A stretch of 64,000 nucleotides of DNA from Patescibacteria group bacterium (GCA_040388575.1 JAZKBO010000001.1:6549-70548), one strand, 5' to 3'; numbered from the stretch's first letter, positions 8,680 to 17,911 are shown. Notes: generated by a model from the letters alone, not told the origin. Numbers and translations are program-made.

Positions 8680-10008
8680 ATGTTTAAATCAGGAAAAGAG
8701 TCTGGAGACTATCTAAGACAAATTGGAAACAGCGTCCCAGAAAAAATTGGCGTTATTGAAAAATCTTTAAATGACAGTAGTTTACCAAAAACTGCAGACG
8801 GAAAAATTAGAATTATTGAACTTGGTATTGGTGGGGGTGAGTCACTTAAGAGACTTAAAAAAAATTCATCTAGTGGTGTAGAATTGATTGCGGTAGATAT
8901 TATTCCAAAGCTAGTAGCTTCGATAAAAAAAGAAACTGGGGTTGATGCGGTAGCTGCAGATGCAGGCACATTGCCTTTTGCCGATATGTCAATTAGCGCC
9001 ATTAATGCATCTGCTATTTTTCATGAAATTAGTTCATACGGCATTGGTAGTAATTTAAAAGATGGGGGTAATTTATATGGAAAGGATGCCATAATCAGAA
9101 CACTTGGAGAATTTAATAGAGTATTACTACCTGAAGGAAAAATTGCTTATAGGGATGTTCTGGCGCCGTCAGAAAATTTAATGGGTGGAAAAAAAGTTAA
9201 CTACTCTCATAAATCGTGGAGGTTATATGCAAATTGGTTTTTAAGAGATTTTGTGAATCCGAGCTCTCGCTTTTACAAAAACATCAACCCAACTATAGAT
9301 GAGGCAGAGGATGGATTCGCTTTAACTGCTCCAGTAGGATTTCAGAGAGATTTTCAACGGCACTATATAATGCTCAGAGACTACCTAAGAAATGTAAAAC
9401 AAAAAGAGTTTGGTTTGACTATGGTCCGTTCGGATTGGTTAGATGAAAAACAAGGACTAAAATCCGTAACATTTTCTTTAGATGAGCGTTTGGGGTCTAT
9501 AATTGATTTGTCAGGTTTTGAAGTACATGATTCCATGGGGGAAAAAATTTATCGTGGTAATTCTGATCAATTTGATAAAATTTATGACGACCTAATGGAA
9601 TATTATTTCACTCAATTAAATAGTGGTTCTGTTGAAGGGAAGATTTTTGCTGAAATCATAAATACATGGAAAGAAAGAGAGGGTTTAGAGAACTATATAT
9701 ATGGAAACATTATTGACATATTGGATTTATCTTATGAGGCAACTAAAAGTAGTAATAGTGAGTGGGTACTTTTTCCTGAATCTACTTCAGATATAGAAAC
9801 CCCATTAAGATTTTATTACAATCGTTATTTAAAGGGTGTTGTAGACTACCCGGAACAGGACGGAAAGCAAATAATATCTTTTAAAAAAATGAAAAGAGAT
9901 CAAGCATTGGATTCACTTAATAAGCTTATGGAATCTCCTTGGTGTATTAAAAATTTAGGTGTTAAAGAAATGGAAAAACTGAGAGTTAAGATAGAACAAT
10001 TAAAATAG
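8680..10008 (+). CDS. Class I SAM-dependent methyltransferase with a ~240-aa C-terminal extension of unknown function
   Basis: Motif I 'IIELGIGGGESL', motif II 'LIAVDII', motif IV-like 'LPFADMSISAINASAIFHEI'. Confidence 0.65.
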   Translation: MFKSGKESGDYLRQIGNSVPEKIGVIEKSLNDSSLPKTADGKIRIIELGIGGGESLKRLKKNSSSGVELIAVDIIPKLVASIKKETGVDAVAADAGTLPFADMSISAINASAIFHEISSYGIGSNLKDGGNLYGKDAIIRTLGEFNRVLLPEGKIAYRDVLAPSENLMGGKKVNYSHKSWRLYANWFLRDFVNPSSRFYKNINPTIDEAEDGFALTAPVGFQRDFQRHYIMLRDYLRNVKQKEFGLTMVRSDWLDEKQGLKSVTFSLDERLGSIIDLSGFEVHDSMGEKIYRGNSDQFDKIYDDLMEYYFTQLNSGSVEGKIFAEIINTWKEREGLENYIYGNIIDILDLSYEATKSSNSEWVLFPESTSDIETPLRFYYNRYLKGVVDYPEQDGKQIISFKKMKRDQALDSLNKLMESPWCIKNLGVKEMEKLRVKIEQLK

Positions 10009-10031
10009 CTACTAAATTTAAATATATAAGA

Positions 10032-10433
10032 ATGAAAAAAACATTAAAAGCTGGGGCTATTATTTTAAGTAGCACAGATAAGAATAAAGTAGCTATCTTG
10101 TATAGCAGTAGGCAAAATGATTACTCTTTTCCAAAAGGACATGTAGAATCTGGCGAAAATGTAATGCAGGCAATGTTAAGGGAGGTAAAGGAAGAAACGG
10201 GATTAGATATAAAAATAATTCAAACTTTACCTGATATTAACTATGCCACCCCGAGTGGAGAAGCTGTTTTAATAAAAATGTTTTTAGTTAAGTCAGAGAA
10301 TGATTCCAAACTCAAACCGGAATTTGATAAAGATAAAATTGAGTGGGTACTTATTGAAGCAGTTACAGAAAAGCTCAGCTATAATAACTTAAAGGAATAT
10401 TTTAACTCGGTAAAACACTTTTTAAATAAATAG
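10032..10433 (+). CDS. NUDIX hydrolase
   Basis: Canonical Nudix box 'GHVESGENVMQAMLREVKEETGL'. Confidence 0.85.
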   Translation: MKKTLKAGAIILSSTDKNKVAILYSSRQNDYSFPKGHVESGENVMQAMLREVKEETGLDIKIIQTLPDINYATPSGEAVLIKMFLVKSENDSKLKPEFDKDKIEWVLIEAVTEKLSYNNLKEYFNSVKHFLNK

Positions 10434-11336
10434 TATTGCGCTCCCGATAATCATTATCGCGATAGCTATTACTTTCGGTAGTAGAATTTTCTTGTTTAAA
10501 TTTTCTTTTACTAAAGAGGGGAAAAATTTGGTGGCAAATAGGGTCATGAGGAGCACTATCGCTGGCTGGAAAGAGCCGACGAGGTAAACCATGGTGACAG
10601 GGGCTAGGAGGAATGCGTAATTAGTTAAAAGGTTACCGATAACTGTCAGGACTTCACTCAATGCATTGATGCCAAAGATGGGCTTGCCACCTTCCCGAAG
10701 CATTTGTAGAAATTCATTGCGGAATTTGGGAATAAATATAAAAATCAAAATGCCGAAGCCACCAAGCCCAGCGTACTCCCAGAAAGAAGACACCCAGAAA
10801 TTGCCACTAATGGTTACATATTTAAAAATGATTCCGGCGATGGATATAAGGAGGCATGCGCTGATCATATAGAGCGCCGGCTGCCATTTGATTTGCCGCT
10901 TTGTGTTTGAAAAGTCGATGGAAATTAAAAATACACCGAGGAGTGTAATTAGGGAGCCGAGGATTTGCTGCTGGGTTAGAGTTTCACCCAGAAAAATATT
11001 GCCGAGGATGTAGCCGAAAATAGGCACAGTCAGGAACCATGGCACCACTGCGGAAACTTCTTCAATTTCCAAAGTAAATAAATATAAAATCACCCAGGCG
11101 ATGGTGATGCCGCCAGCGATTATTAGAAGAAACTTATCCAAGAAGGGGATACTTGATACGTGAGGAGTAAATATACCTATCGGAATTGCCACGAATATAC
11201 CAATCAAACTCGAAAAGAGGACCAGCCCGCCTGACCCGCGCACTCCAGTGGAATATCGAGCAACCAAATACTGGTCAAAAATATTTGTAACTGCCCACAG
11301 AAACGGCGCCCCTAGAGCAATAAAAAACCAGTGCAT
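10422..11336 (-). CDS. EamA/DMT-family membrane transporter
   Basis: 304 aa, about 10 TM helices in two repeated halves. Confidence 0.65.
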   Translation of the reverse strand: MHWFFIALGAPFLWAVTNIFDQYLVARYSTGVRGSGGLVLFSSLIGIFVAIPIGIFTPHVSSIPFLDKFLLIIAGGITIAWVILYLFTLEIEEVSAVVPWFLTVPIFGYILGNIFLGETLTQQQILGSLITLLGVFLISIDFSNTKRQIKWQPALYMISACLLISIAGIIFKYVTISGNFWVSSFWEYAGLGGFGILIFIFIPKFRNEFLQMLREGGKPIFGINALSEVLTVIGNLLTNYAFLLAPVTMVYLVGSFQPAIVLLMTLFATKFFPSLVKENLNKKILLPKVIAIAIMIIGSAILFI

Positions 11337-11344
11337 ATGGGGTA

Positions 11345-11698
11345 TTATAGCAAACCTAGAATTGAATTACGAAAAACAAAAACTAGGAGAGTTAGGATAA
11401 AAACTCCAGCCACGCACCAAGCAGCCTTGTAATCTTCACAGCCATGCCAGGCTTCATCTTTTGTGCCTGGACCTTTTATTAAAATTACTGGTAACTCATC
11501 TAGAATTAGCCCTAAACTTATTGCAAACAACGTAATATTTTTTAAAAAAATTGCGACCAATATTAAAATTACTCCATACATATAATGCCTGACTCGAAAG
11601 CTTCCGAGCGTTGGGGCCTTTACTTTAAACGCCACAAAAAGCCGCGAGATTGCAATTGTTCCCAAAAATATTAAGAAGAAATAATCACCTTGAGACAT
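11345..11698 (-). CDS. Small hypothetical membrane protein
   Basis: 117 aa, 3-4 hydrophobic helices. Confidence 0.4.
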   Translation of the reverse strand: MSQGDYFFLIFLGTIAISRLFVAFKVKAPTLGSFRVRHYMYGVILILVAIFLKNITLFAISLGLILDELPVILIKGPGTKDEAWHGCEDYKAAWCVAGVFILTLLVFVFRNSILGLL

Positions 11699-11701
11699 AA
11701 T

Positions 11702-11992
11702 TTAAAAACCTATGCCATGCCTAAATGACATCAATATAAATAAGCTGAATATTGAATATAGAAGCCCTAATACTCCTATAGTTTCAAAAAATATCCATGT
11801 CCATTTATGTGTAGCGTCTTGTTTTCGATATTGATTATCGAAAAATATCAGGAGAAATGCTCCCCCAAACATAAAAATAGATCCTGTAGTCGCTGCTCCA
11901 ATACTTACTTCAATTTGTTTATTTAGTACAAAAATAGGTAAAAAATATGTAACAACTATTACAGCAATATTGAAGGTTATTTTCTTAGTCAT
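11702..11992 (-). CDS. Small hypothetical membrane protein
   Basis: 96 aa, 3 hydrophobic helices. Tightly linked to the neighbouring small membrane ORF. Confidence 0.4.
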   Translation of the reverse strand: MTKKITFNIAVIVVTYFLPIFVLNKQIEVSIGAATTGSIFMFGGAFLLIFFDNQYRKQDATHKWTWIFFETIGVLGLLYSIFSLFILMSFRHGIGF

Positions 11993-12006
11993 AAAATAAT
12001 TATATA

Positions 12007-14343
12007 CTACTTCAATCCGACCGTCACGGAATAAGTATTTCCGTCATCGAGTTTGACTGATATTTTGTACCAATATCCAGGAATTAGGCCTTTAGTACTC
12101 CAGTTATATATGTATTGAGATCCATCCCATTTAAAGGTATTGCCGCTAGTGGCAGCGTCAGAGTATACCGATTCATCCACCGCGGCGCTCATTTTAGAAC
12201 CTTGTAGCGGTGTGAGCCAAATCGGAGTTGTAGTTGCTTGAGTTATAGTGCCATCAAGTTTCTTTAGTTGAAACTTTACAGGCACTGTGCTGCCTGCCTT
12301 AAACACACTTGCAGTTTGATCCTTTTGGTGTCCAGTATCGTTTATTGGCTGTAAAAATCCAGAGAAAATATAAGGCATTTTAACAACACTATTAGGTATG
12401 CCCACTAGATTAAAATCAACAGTATTGTCACCATTAGTGTCTAATGTTAGTTTAGTTGTATTTTTTATGTCTAAATTTCCTTTAAGAGAAGTTGTTACTG
12501 GTATATCTTTATATATTTCAACTTCGCCTGCTTGATTATTTACTATGTGTGTATCGGTAAGCGTAAAGGTTCCGCTTCCAGTACCTTTCAGAGAAATAGT
12601 ATATGTCTGTCCACTATCGGTAGGAATATAAACGAATTTATGTTCACCCATAATTTCAAAATCAGCGTTGGGAATATTATTTTCAATTCCTCCTGATGAT
12701 AGCCCAGAGTGGTTGCCATTTTGATCTGTCACATCAATGTCTAGTGGACTGTAGACAGATATTAAATCTCCCACCAAGTCACACTCTGAGGGAGTTTGAG
12801 TAATGAGATTGCTATCAACATTTAAATTACTCCCAGAAATTATGTTTACAATTTCCTGCCTGATTCCATTATAACTCAACATTTTTCCATGATCACCCTG
12901 TAATGCAAAGAATTTATGTGTCACATCGATTGGTAAGTTGGTAGAGCTAGCGAGTGGCACCGTTCCATCTCCACTGACCTCTTCTGGTTGATCATATGAA
13001 GCGTTATATGGTACTACGCTAGTATTCCGTCTTTCAATAATTTTACCAATTGTCCCTGTTCTGCAGCCATTTATGCTATACAGATCCACGCCCGCAGTAC
13101 TAAGATCGAAGTTATCAAAATTAGCTGTGTGTAAATTATTTGCTTCAGCAACCCCTTGAGAATTTAACTGGTGGTCGCCAGTAAGAAAATTGTTGGCTTG
13201 ATTAAAGTTAAGGTCTTGTATGTTATTGATCGCTCCTTGGTTTATTATTTTTACATAACTTCCTTTTTGATCAAAATATTGCTGACTTGGTGCTAAATCA
13301 TAAACAGCAGGTAAATTTGATGCAATTTTTTTCATTTCTCCATCAGCTAACCACGGAATGCCAAAACCATCACCTTGGATAAGAACCTTGATAGCTTTTG
13401 GTGCTCCTGTGTTAGGGACCCCTACAAAAATTGCTTTATTAATATAATTATTAGTGAGATTATCAGCGACATATTTTTTAACTACCAGGCCTCCATTACT
13501 ATGTGCAATTATATCAACCTTAGAGACCCCTGTTTTGGTTTTTATATCTAATATTTTTTGCTTAAGTTGATTAACAAGATTGTCATTAACCCCATAACGC
13601 CAATCGTAAGGAAAAAGAAAGAGGTCTGTATTTAAAACGTATCCTTGATTTTGAAATTCTTTAATTAAACCATCCGTGTAATCAGATACAACAACCCTGC
13701 CAAAACCTAAATTAACAGTTTCTTTGCTAAGTACATTACCTAGACTCAAACCCATATTCAGGGGAAGTAAATTATTATCAAATTGCATTGGATCCATAAA
13801 CTGATCGCCAATATCTGTAAAATTTCGTCCTAGGTCAAGCCATAATTTTTGACCACTATTTAAAATTTCTGTTCCCAAAACTCCAGGAACAATTAAAACA
13901 GGATTATGGGTTGGTGGTTGGATGACTGGCACCCCAACCGAATCAATAACTCCATGAGTTACATGAAATAAAATATAATATTTCGGATCTAGAAATTGTT
14001 CGATGGTTGATCCATCACCAGCATTTATAACCATGAAGTTTCCTTGGCCATCAGGGTCGTGAGCCCAGGACCAGTCCCAAGAAAAATCAGAAAGATTACT
14101 TCGAACTTGAAAGCCACCCCAAGAGCGATCAGGTGGGTTGTTCGCCACATATATTACATCCCCAGGCTGGGTGGCTTGATCAAACTCAGGAGAAACAATA
14201 CATAAGGGGTCACAGTGGGTGCCTATGCTACCTGGCAACTGGGTGCCAGTAAAGGCGAAAGCTGAATGAGTAATGAGGAATAAAGTTGCCAAAAAGCCAA
14301 TAAATATAGCCAATTTAAGCATTTTTTTCATAATTAACCTCAT
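12007..14343 (-). CDS. Secreted alpha/beta-hydrolase, LCAT/PGAP1-like lipase with C-terminal beta-sandwich domains
   Basis: Signal peptide. 'PYDWRYG' (LCAT-family motif) and nucleophile elbow 'IIAHSNGGLV' (AxSxG as in Bacillus lipase). Confidence 0.7.
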   Translation of the reverse strand: MRLIMKKMLKLAIFIGFLATLFLITHSAFAFTGTQLPGSIGTHCDPLCIVSPEFDQATQPGDVIYVANNPPDRSWGGFQVRSNLSDFSWDWSWAHDPDGQGNFMVINAGDGSTIEQFLDPKYYILFHVTHGVIDSVGVPVIQPPTHNPVLIVPGVLGTEILNSGQKLWLDLGRNFTDIGDQFMDPMQFDNNLLPLNMGLSLGNVLSKETVNLGFGRVVVSDYTDGLIKEFQNQGYVLNTDLFLFPYDWRYGVNDNLVNQLKQKILDIKTKTGVSKVDIIAHSNGGLVVKKYVADNLTNNYINKAIFVGVPNTGAPKAIKVLIQGDGFGIPWLADGEMKKIASNLPAVYDLAPSQQYFDQKGSYVKIINQGAINNIQDLNFNQANNFLTGDHQLNSQGVAEANNLHTANFDNFDLSTAGVDLYSINGCRTGTIGKIIERRNTSVVPYNASYDQPEEVSGDGTVPLASSTNLPIDVTHKFFALQGDHGKMLSYNGIRQEIVNIISGSNLNVDSNLITQTPSECDLVGDLISVYSPLDIDVTDQNGNHSGLSSGGIENNIPNADFEIMGEHKFVYIPTDSGQTYTISLKGTGSGTFTLTDTHIVNNQAGEVEIYKDIPVTTSLKGNLDIKNTTKLTLDTNGDNTVDFNLVGIPNSVVKMPYIFSGFLQPINDTGHQKDQTASVFKAGSTVPVKFQLKKLDGTITQATTTPIWLTPLQGSKMSAAVDESVYSDAATSGNTFKWDGSQYIYNWSTKGLIPGYWYKISVKLDDGNTYSVTVGLK

Positions 14344-14373
14344 ACTAACAGCATAGTGAGAAAGAGCAAGGGT

Positions 14374-14402
14374 TGACTTTTGGACTATAATATGCTATAC
14401 TA
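14374..14402 (+). promoter_or_regulatory. Sigma-70-like promoter (TTGACT, 17-nt spacer, TATACT) at the AT-rich edge of high-GC island 2
   Basis: Read directly in the divergent intergenic region between the lipase gene and the island. Confidence 0.35.
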
Positions 14403-14458
14403 TATAGGATATCGGGTGGGATTTGCTCACTCGAAGTTCCTTGAGAAAGGGGACAGTC

Positions 14459-14890
14459 ATGCAGAAGAGCTTTCAGTTCGTCCTTGGAATTCTGGCCATC
14501 GCGATCATCATCCTGGCTTTCGCCGCTCCGGCGAAAGCGCAGACGCCGGCGCAGAAGGAGTCCGCGCAGGAGAAGCTCGCGGATGTCGCGATGCCTAACG
14601 AGATGCTGATCAAGGCGCCGACCATGTGCGCCGGCGAGGCGGGCATCCTGATCAAAGAGGTCCGGAACTTCTGCCTCGAGCTCGCACAGATGGAGAAGCA
14701 GCGTTCCATCGCAGCGGCGAAGGCGGCGTCTAAGGCAATCGCGCCGGACAGCACATCCTTCGGCAAGGCACTCCTTACCGGCGTCGCCATCAACGCCCTC
14801 GCACCGCGTGGCTACTACGAGAGCTACAACAGCTACGGGTACGGCGGCTATACTCCCTACATTAGCCCCAACCCCTACTTCCGGCGGTAA
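14459..14890 (+). CDS. Small secreted Ala-rich protein with a Tyr/Gly-rich C-terminus (high-GC island 2)
   Basis: Good SD (GAAAGGGGA) precedes the ATG at 14459. Signal peptide 'FVLGILAIAIIILAFAAPAKA'. The annotated ORF 14423.. is a longer alternative. Confidence 0.5.
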   Translation: MQKSFQFVLGILAIAIIILAFAAPAKAQTPAQKESAQEKLADVAMPNEMLIKAPTMCAGEAGILIKEVRNFCLELAQMEKQRSIAAAKAASKAIAPDSTSFGKALLTGVAINALAPRGYYESYNSYGYGGYTPYISPNPYFRR

Positions 14891-15099
14891 CTTCACCGGC
14901 AACTATCAACGGCGTCGTTTGCAGATCCTTTGGATCCTGCAGGCGGCGCTGTTTCGTTTTTAAGTGCAATTTTTTTATATTAGATTGAAAAACCTAGGTA
15001 TTTTGTAATAATTTATCCATATAAAGCGTCTCGTAAATGGAATATTTAAGCTTGTTGACTGACCCCATATATGTGGTAAAGTCAATTTAGGACGGCTTT

Positions 15100-15447
15100 T
15101 TGACAGCAGAATCCGGGCTGCTTACATATAGTAAGCCCGAGAAAGGAATAAAAGTGACAGGAAGGGCGGGGCTTGAACGACTTGGTGAAAAGCTCGCCCG
15201 CGAGATGGAAAGGATGTTTGACTGCCATCTGGGCGCAAACATACAAATCCTCTCTACCGTGGGAGAGCCCGAAGTAGGACGAGAAAAAATTTACGGGCGG
15301 CTGACCTTTACAATGGTTGACCGCTCACAAAAAAAAATAGAGGAGTGGACCATCGAAGGGGCTGCAAAAAGCTACCTCGATGTCGAGCCCGGGCTGAGGC
15401 CTGTGCTGGTGAATATTGTGTATAGAAGGGAGCAAGTAAATGAGTAA
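15100..15447 (+). CDS. Hypothetical protein, translationally coupled to the FtsZ-like gene
   Basis: 115-aa ORF whose stop overlaps the downstream ATG (ATGAGTAA). Confidence 0.5.
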   Translation: MTAESGLLTYSKPEKGIKVTGRAGLERLGEKLAREMERMFDCHLGANIQILSTVGEPEVGREKIYGRLTFTMVDRSQKKIEEWTIEGAAKSYLDVEPGLRPVLVNIVYRREQVNE

Positions 15448-17011
15448 CGCGGATACACGACCCGACAACGACACCCAAAATACTCAGGTAAACGTCCTCG
15501 TGGCGTCGCCTGGGCAGTTTGGCCTCAACAACGTGCCGATGTGGATGGAGGCAACACCACCGGAAATGGCACCAGGAATAAGTTTCTTGGTGTACGACGC
15601 CGACGGCCCCCTCGGGGGGGATCGATTCAAGCAAGGACATGACGGTCCGAGCCAAGCTATCCAAAAGTGGACTGGCGACAAGACTCGTTTCTCGAGGATC
15701 CAGATCACAGAGGTCATCGACCCCAATGCATCGCCGGCGAGTGAAGCCGGAGACGACTCGCAACCGAAACTCCCGCGAAAGTTTTTCGGGGCGGGCGGTG
15801 ACCCCGCGGTGGGCAAGAGGCTCATCGAGGGACACACCGACAAAATCCAGAACGCGATCCGCGGGAAAGACTTCGTGTTCAATTGGGGAGCGGGCGGCGG
15901 CGGCATCGGAACACCAGGCATGAGGAAGACTGCGGAATGTGCTACCGAAGTCGGCGTGCCCTACCTCTCCGTCCTTCACACTCCCTTCAACGTGGGGCAG
16001 CAAATTGGGATTGCTGAGCGGCTGCGGCTTGATCTGCGCAAGAAGGGGCGGCCCCTTCTCGTCTACAAAAACGCAAATCTTCCCGAGGCCAAACGCAAGA
16101 TGCCACCCAAACAGGTCCTGCGAACTATCAACGAGGCCTGCAGCCCGCTCTTTCGAACCTTCCACATGGCGACCCAGAGAGTCGGCAGTGCGTGGAATTT
16201 CGACCTCAACGATTTCATCACTGCGATGAAGTTCGGTCCCGACGGCTATCACGGCGCATACGACGCGCCGACGAAAGCGAGCGAGACTGAAGGCGAACGA
16301 AGGTTCGACGTGGCTGAATTGCCACAAGTCGTGACCGCTTTGATGTCTGATATCTTTCAGGATCACGACATCGTCGCGAAGGCGCTACTCTTCTGCTTCT
16401 GTGGTCCATGGACCATGGAAGAGATCGACATCATCGAGGCGGGGGTCCGTGAGAAGACTGGGTTCCCAACGCGGGGATTCATCAAGAGGCAAACAAACGA
16501 GGAAGAGACCGAGATGTGGGTTTCTGTCCTGGCATTCGGCACCTTCGCCAGTGAACTCAAGAAAAAAGAGGCACCGAAAGTTCCTGCACCAAGCGGAGTG
16601 CCGCGCCTTCTTTCGGAAAACAAGCCGACTGACGTAGAGTCACCAGCGCCGGTGAAAGAACCGGCAAACGACATACCTTCAATTGCGGCCCAAGCTGCAG
16701 TGAAGTCCGAACCCGCACTTACTCCCGGGTCGCCACAAGGCCCCCAGATGACAATCGCTTTCATCACTGAAAACGGAAGGCAAGTATCACATCAAGTGGA
16801 GACGGAATTGGGCCTCCGTTTCAAGAAGTTGTACCGGCACGGAACGAACCCGGAACTTCGAGAAGCTGTGTGTGAAGAAGTGAAAGTGGCAACAGGAGGC
16901 GATCGTCCCCCGAAATGGGGCGAAATGCCCCGATCCGAAACCCGCCCCTCGCGACTTCAGCAAATGAGGGAACGGCTCACTCGTCGATTCCAAGTTTCAA
17001 CAGGCAATTAG
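15440..17011 (+). CDS. Divergent FtsZ/tubulin-superfamily GTPase with a ~190-aa Pro/Ala-rich C-terminal tail
   Basis: Core aligns with FtsZ: 'FGAGGDPAVGKRL' ~ 'GLGAGANPEVGRN'; 'FVFNWGAGGGGIGTPGMRKTAECATEVGVPYLSVLHTPFN' ~ '[38 protein letters not shown]'; 'NFDLNDFITAMKFGPDGYHG' ~ 'NVDFADVRTVMSEMGYAMMG'. The N-terminal G-box is degenerate. Confidence 0.8.
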   Translation: MSNADTRPDNDTQNTQVNVLVASPGQFGLNNVPMWMEATPPEMAPGISFLVYDADGPLGGDRFKQGHDGPSQAIQKWTGDKTRFSRIQITEVIDPNASPASEAGDDSQPKLPRKFFGAGGDPAVGKRLIEGHTDKIQNAIRGKDFVFNWGAGGGGIGTPGMRKTAECATEVGVPYLSVLHTPFNVGQQIGIAERLRLDLRKKGRPLLVYKNANLPEAKRKMPPKQVLRTINEACSPLFRTFHMATQRVGSAWNFDLNDFITAMKFGPDGYHGAYDAPTKASETEGERRFDVAELPQVVTALMSDIFQDHDIVAKALLFCFCGPWTMEEIDIIEAGVREKTGFPTRGFIKRQTNEEETEMWVSVLAFGTFASELKKKEAPKVPAPSGVPRLLSENKPTDVESPAPVKEPANDIPSIAAQAAVKSEPALTPGSPQGPQMTIAFITENGRQVSHQVETELGLRFKKLYRHGTNPELREAVCEEVKVATGGDRPPKWGEMPRSETRPSRLQQMRERLTRRFQVSTGN

Positions 17012-17024
17012 AAAGGAGAAGTGC

Positions 17025-17798
17025 GTGAAGAAGATTTTCGCATGGCTCCTGCTCCTCTTCTTGTTCCTCCCGGGAACAGCAAGGGCGCAGACAGCCGAGA
17101 AGACACTTCACCTCGAAAGAGGAAGGTGGCTTTGGACACTCCTGATAAACGAAGGGTGTACCAAGGCGGAGACCGCCAAACTCTGGCCGAAAGTGGCCAC
17201 AGATAACGGTCTACCGCTCAATAAGGAGAAGGTTTGGCAACCCCAAACCCTCATCCTCAAGCGTGACTGTCGGGGGGAGTCCCTCGAAGTCATCGCGCTT
17301 CGGAAACAAGTCGCGGAGTTCCCAGGAAAGTTGCAGGAGCTCCAAGATAAGGCGGACAAGAGGCTCGCGGATGAGCTCGCCAAGAAGGACGCCGAAATCG
17401 CACAGCTTCGGAGAAGTGGCATTGTTCTTGGATTGCTAGGTCTGGCGGCTGGTGTAGGGATTGGATGGATTATTCGGGGGCGTCGTGTTCCCGAAATTAA
17501 ATCGGCGTCGCCACTTGTGGAAACGCTGGATCCGAAGATCGTGGCTGTACCGCGAGAAATCACGGTGGAGCACTGGGGTAAGGATTGGGGCTTTGTTCTA
17601 ACCCAACCTCAATATAAGTGCCCAGTCTGCGGGGAAGTTGTGGGCGACGAAGTCGAAGCCCGCGAACACCTGGAAGCTGAGCACAAAGAGGAGGGTCACA
17701 TTTCGTTCAAGACGACCGACCCTCTCCGTCCCGATTCCGAGTTTCCCGACGAAATGGTTGGCTCGCAGACGCGGCACTTTCCGCGAGGCGAGAAGTAG
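17025..17798 (+). CDS. Signal-peptide, coiled-coil, single-TM protein with a C-terminal C2H2-type zinc-finger-like motif
   Basis: Signal peptide 'LLLLFLFLPGTARA'. TM 'IVLGLLGLAAGVGIGWII'. 'YKCPVCGEVVGDEVEAREHLEAEH' fits C-x2-C...H-x4-H. Confidence 0.55.
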   Translation: MKKIFAWLLLLFLFLPGTARAQTAEKTLHLERGRWLWTLLINEGCTKAETAKLWPKVATDNGLPLNKEKVWQPQTLILKRDCRGESLEVIALRKQVAEFPGKLQELQDKADKRLADELAKKDAEIAQLRRSGIVLGLLGLAAGVGIGWIIRGRRVPEIKSASPLVETLDPKIVAVPREITVEHWGKDWGFVLTQPQYKCPVCGEVVGDEVEAREHLEAEHKEEGHISFKTTDPLRPDSEFPDEMVGSQTRHFPRGEK

Positions 17799-17846
17799 CT
17801 CTTCACAAGTAATTAGTTCTTCGTTTGTAACATCAACATCTAAAAA

Positions 17847-17878
17847 GGGCCCCGGCTGGAGATAGCGCGGGGCTTTTT
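17847..17878 (+). terminator. Rho-independent terminator closing high-GC island 2
   Basis: GGGCCCCGG...CGCGGGGC stem followed by TTTTT. Confidence 0.5.
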
Positions 17879-17911
17879 AATTTTCATAAAAATAATGTAT
17901 AATGACGAACA

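Noticed and set aside
14345-14902. 185-aa minus-strand ORF overlapping the secreted Ala-rich gene
   Set aside because: It is a shadow ORF produced by high GC (Arg/Leu-rich nonsense composition). The plus-strand ORF has an SD, a signal peptide and a dedicated promoter.
15308-16767. Long minus-strand ORFs (352 aa, 134 aa, 145 aa) antisense to the FtsZ-like gene
   Set aside because: These are typical GC-rich antisense open frames. The plus-strand product has clear FtsZ-family motifs.
6520-17880. High-GC islands as assembly chimeras or contamination
   Set aside because: Each island is bounded on both sides by backbone-composition sequence within a single contiguous window. Gene junctions are tight or overlapping, host-type promoters sit at the island edges, and strand continuity holds with the neighbours. 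This cannot be fully excluded without read-level data.
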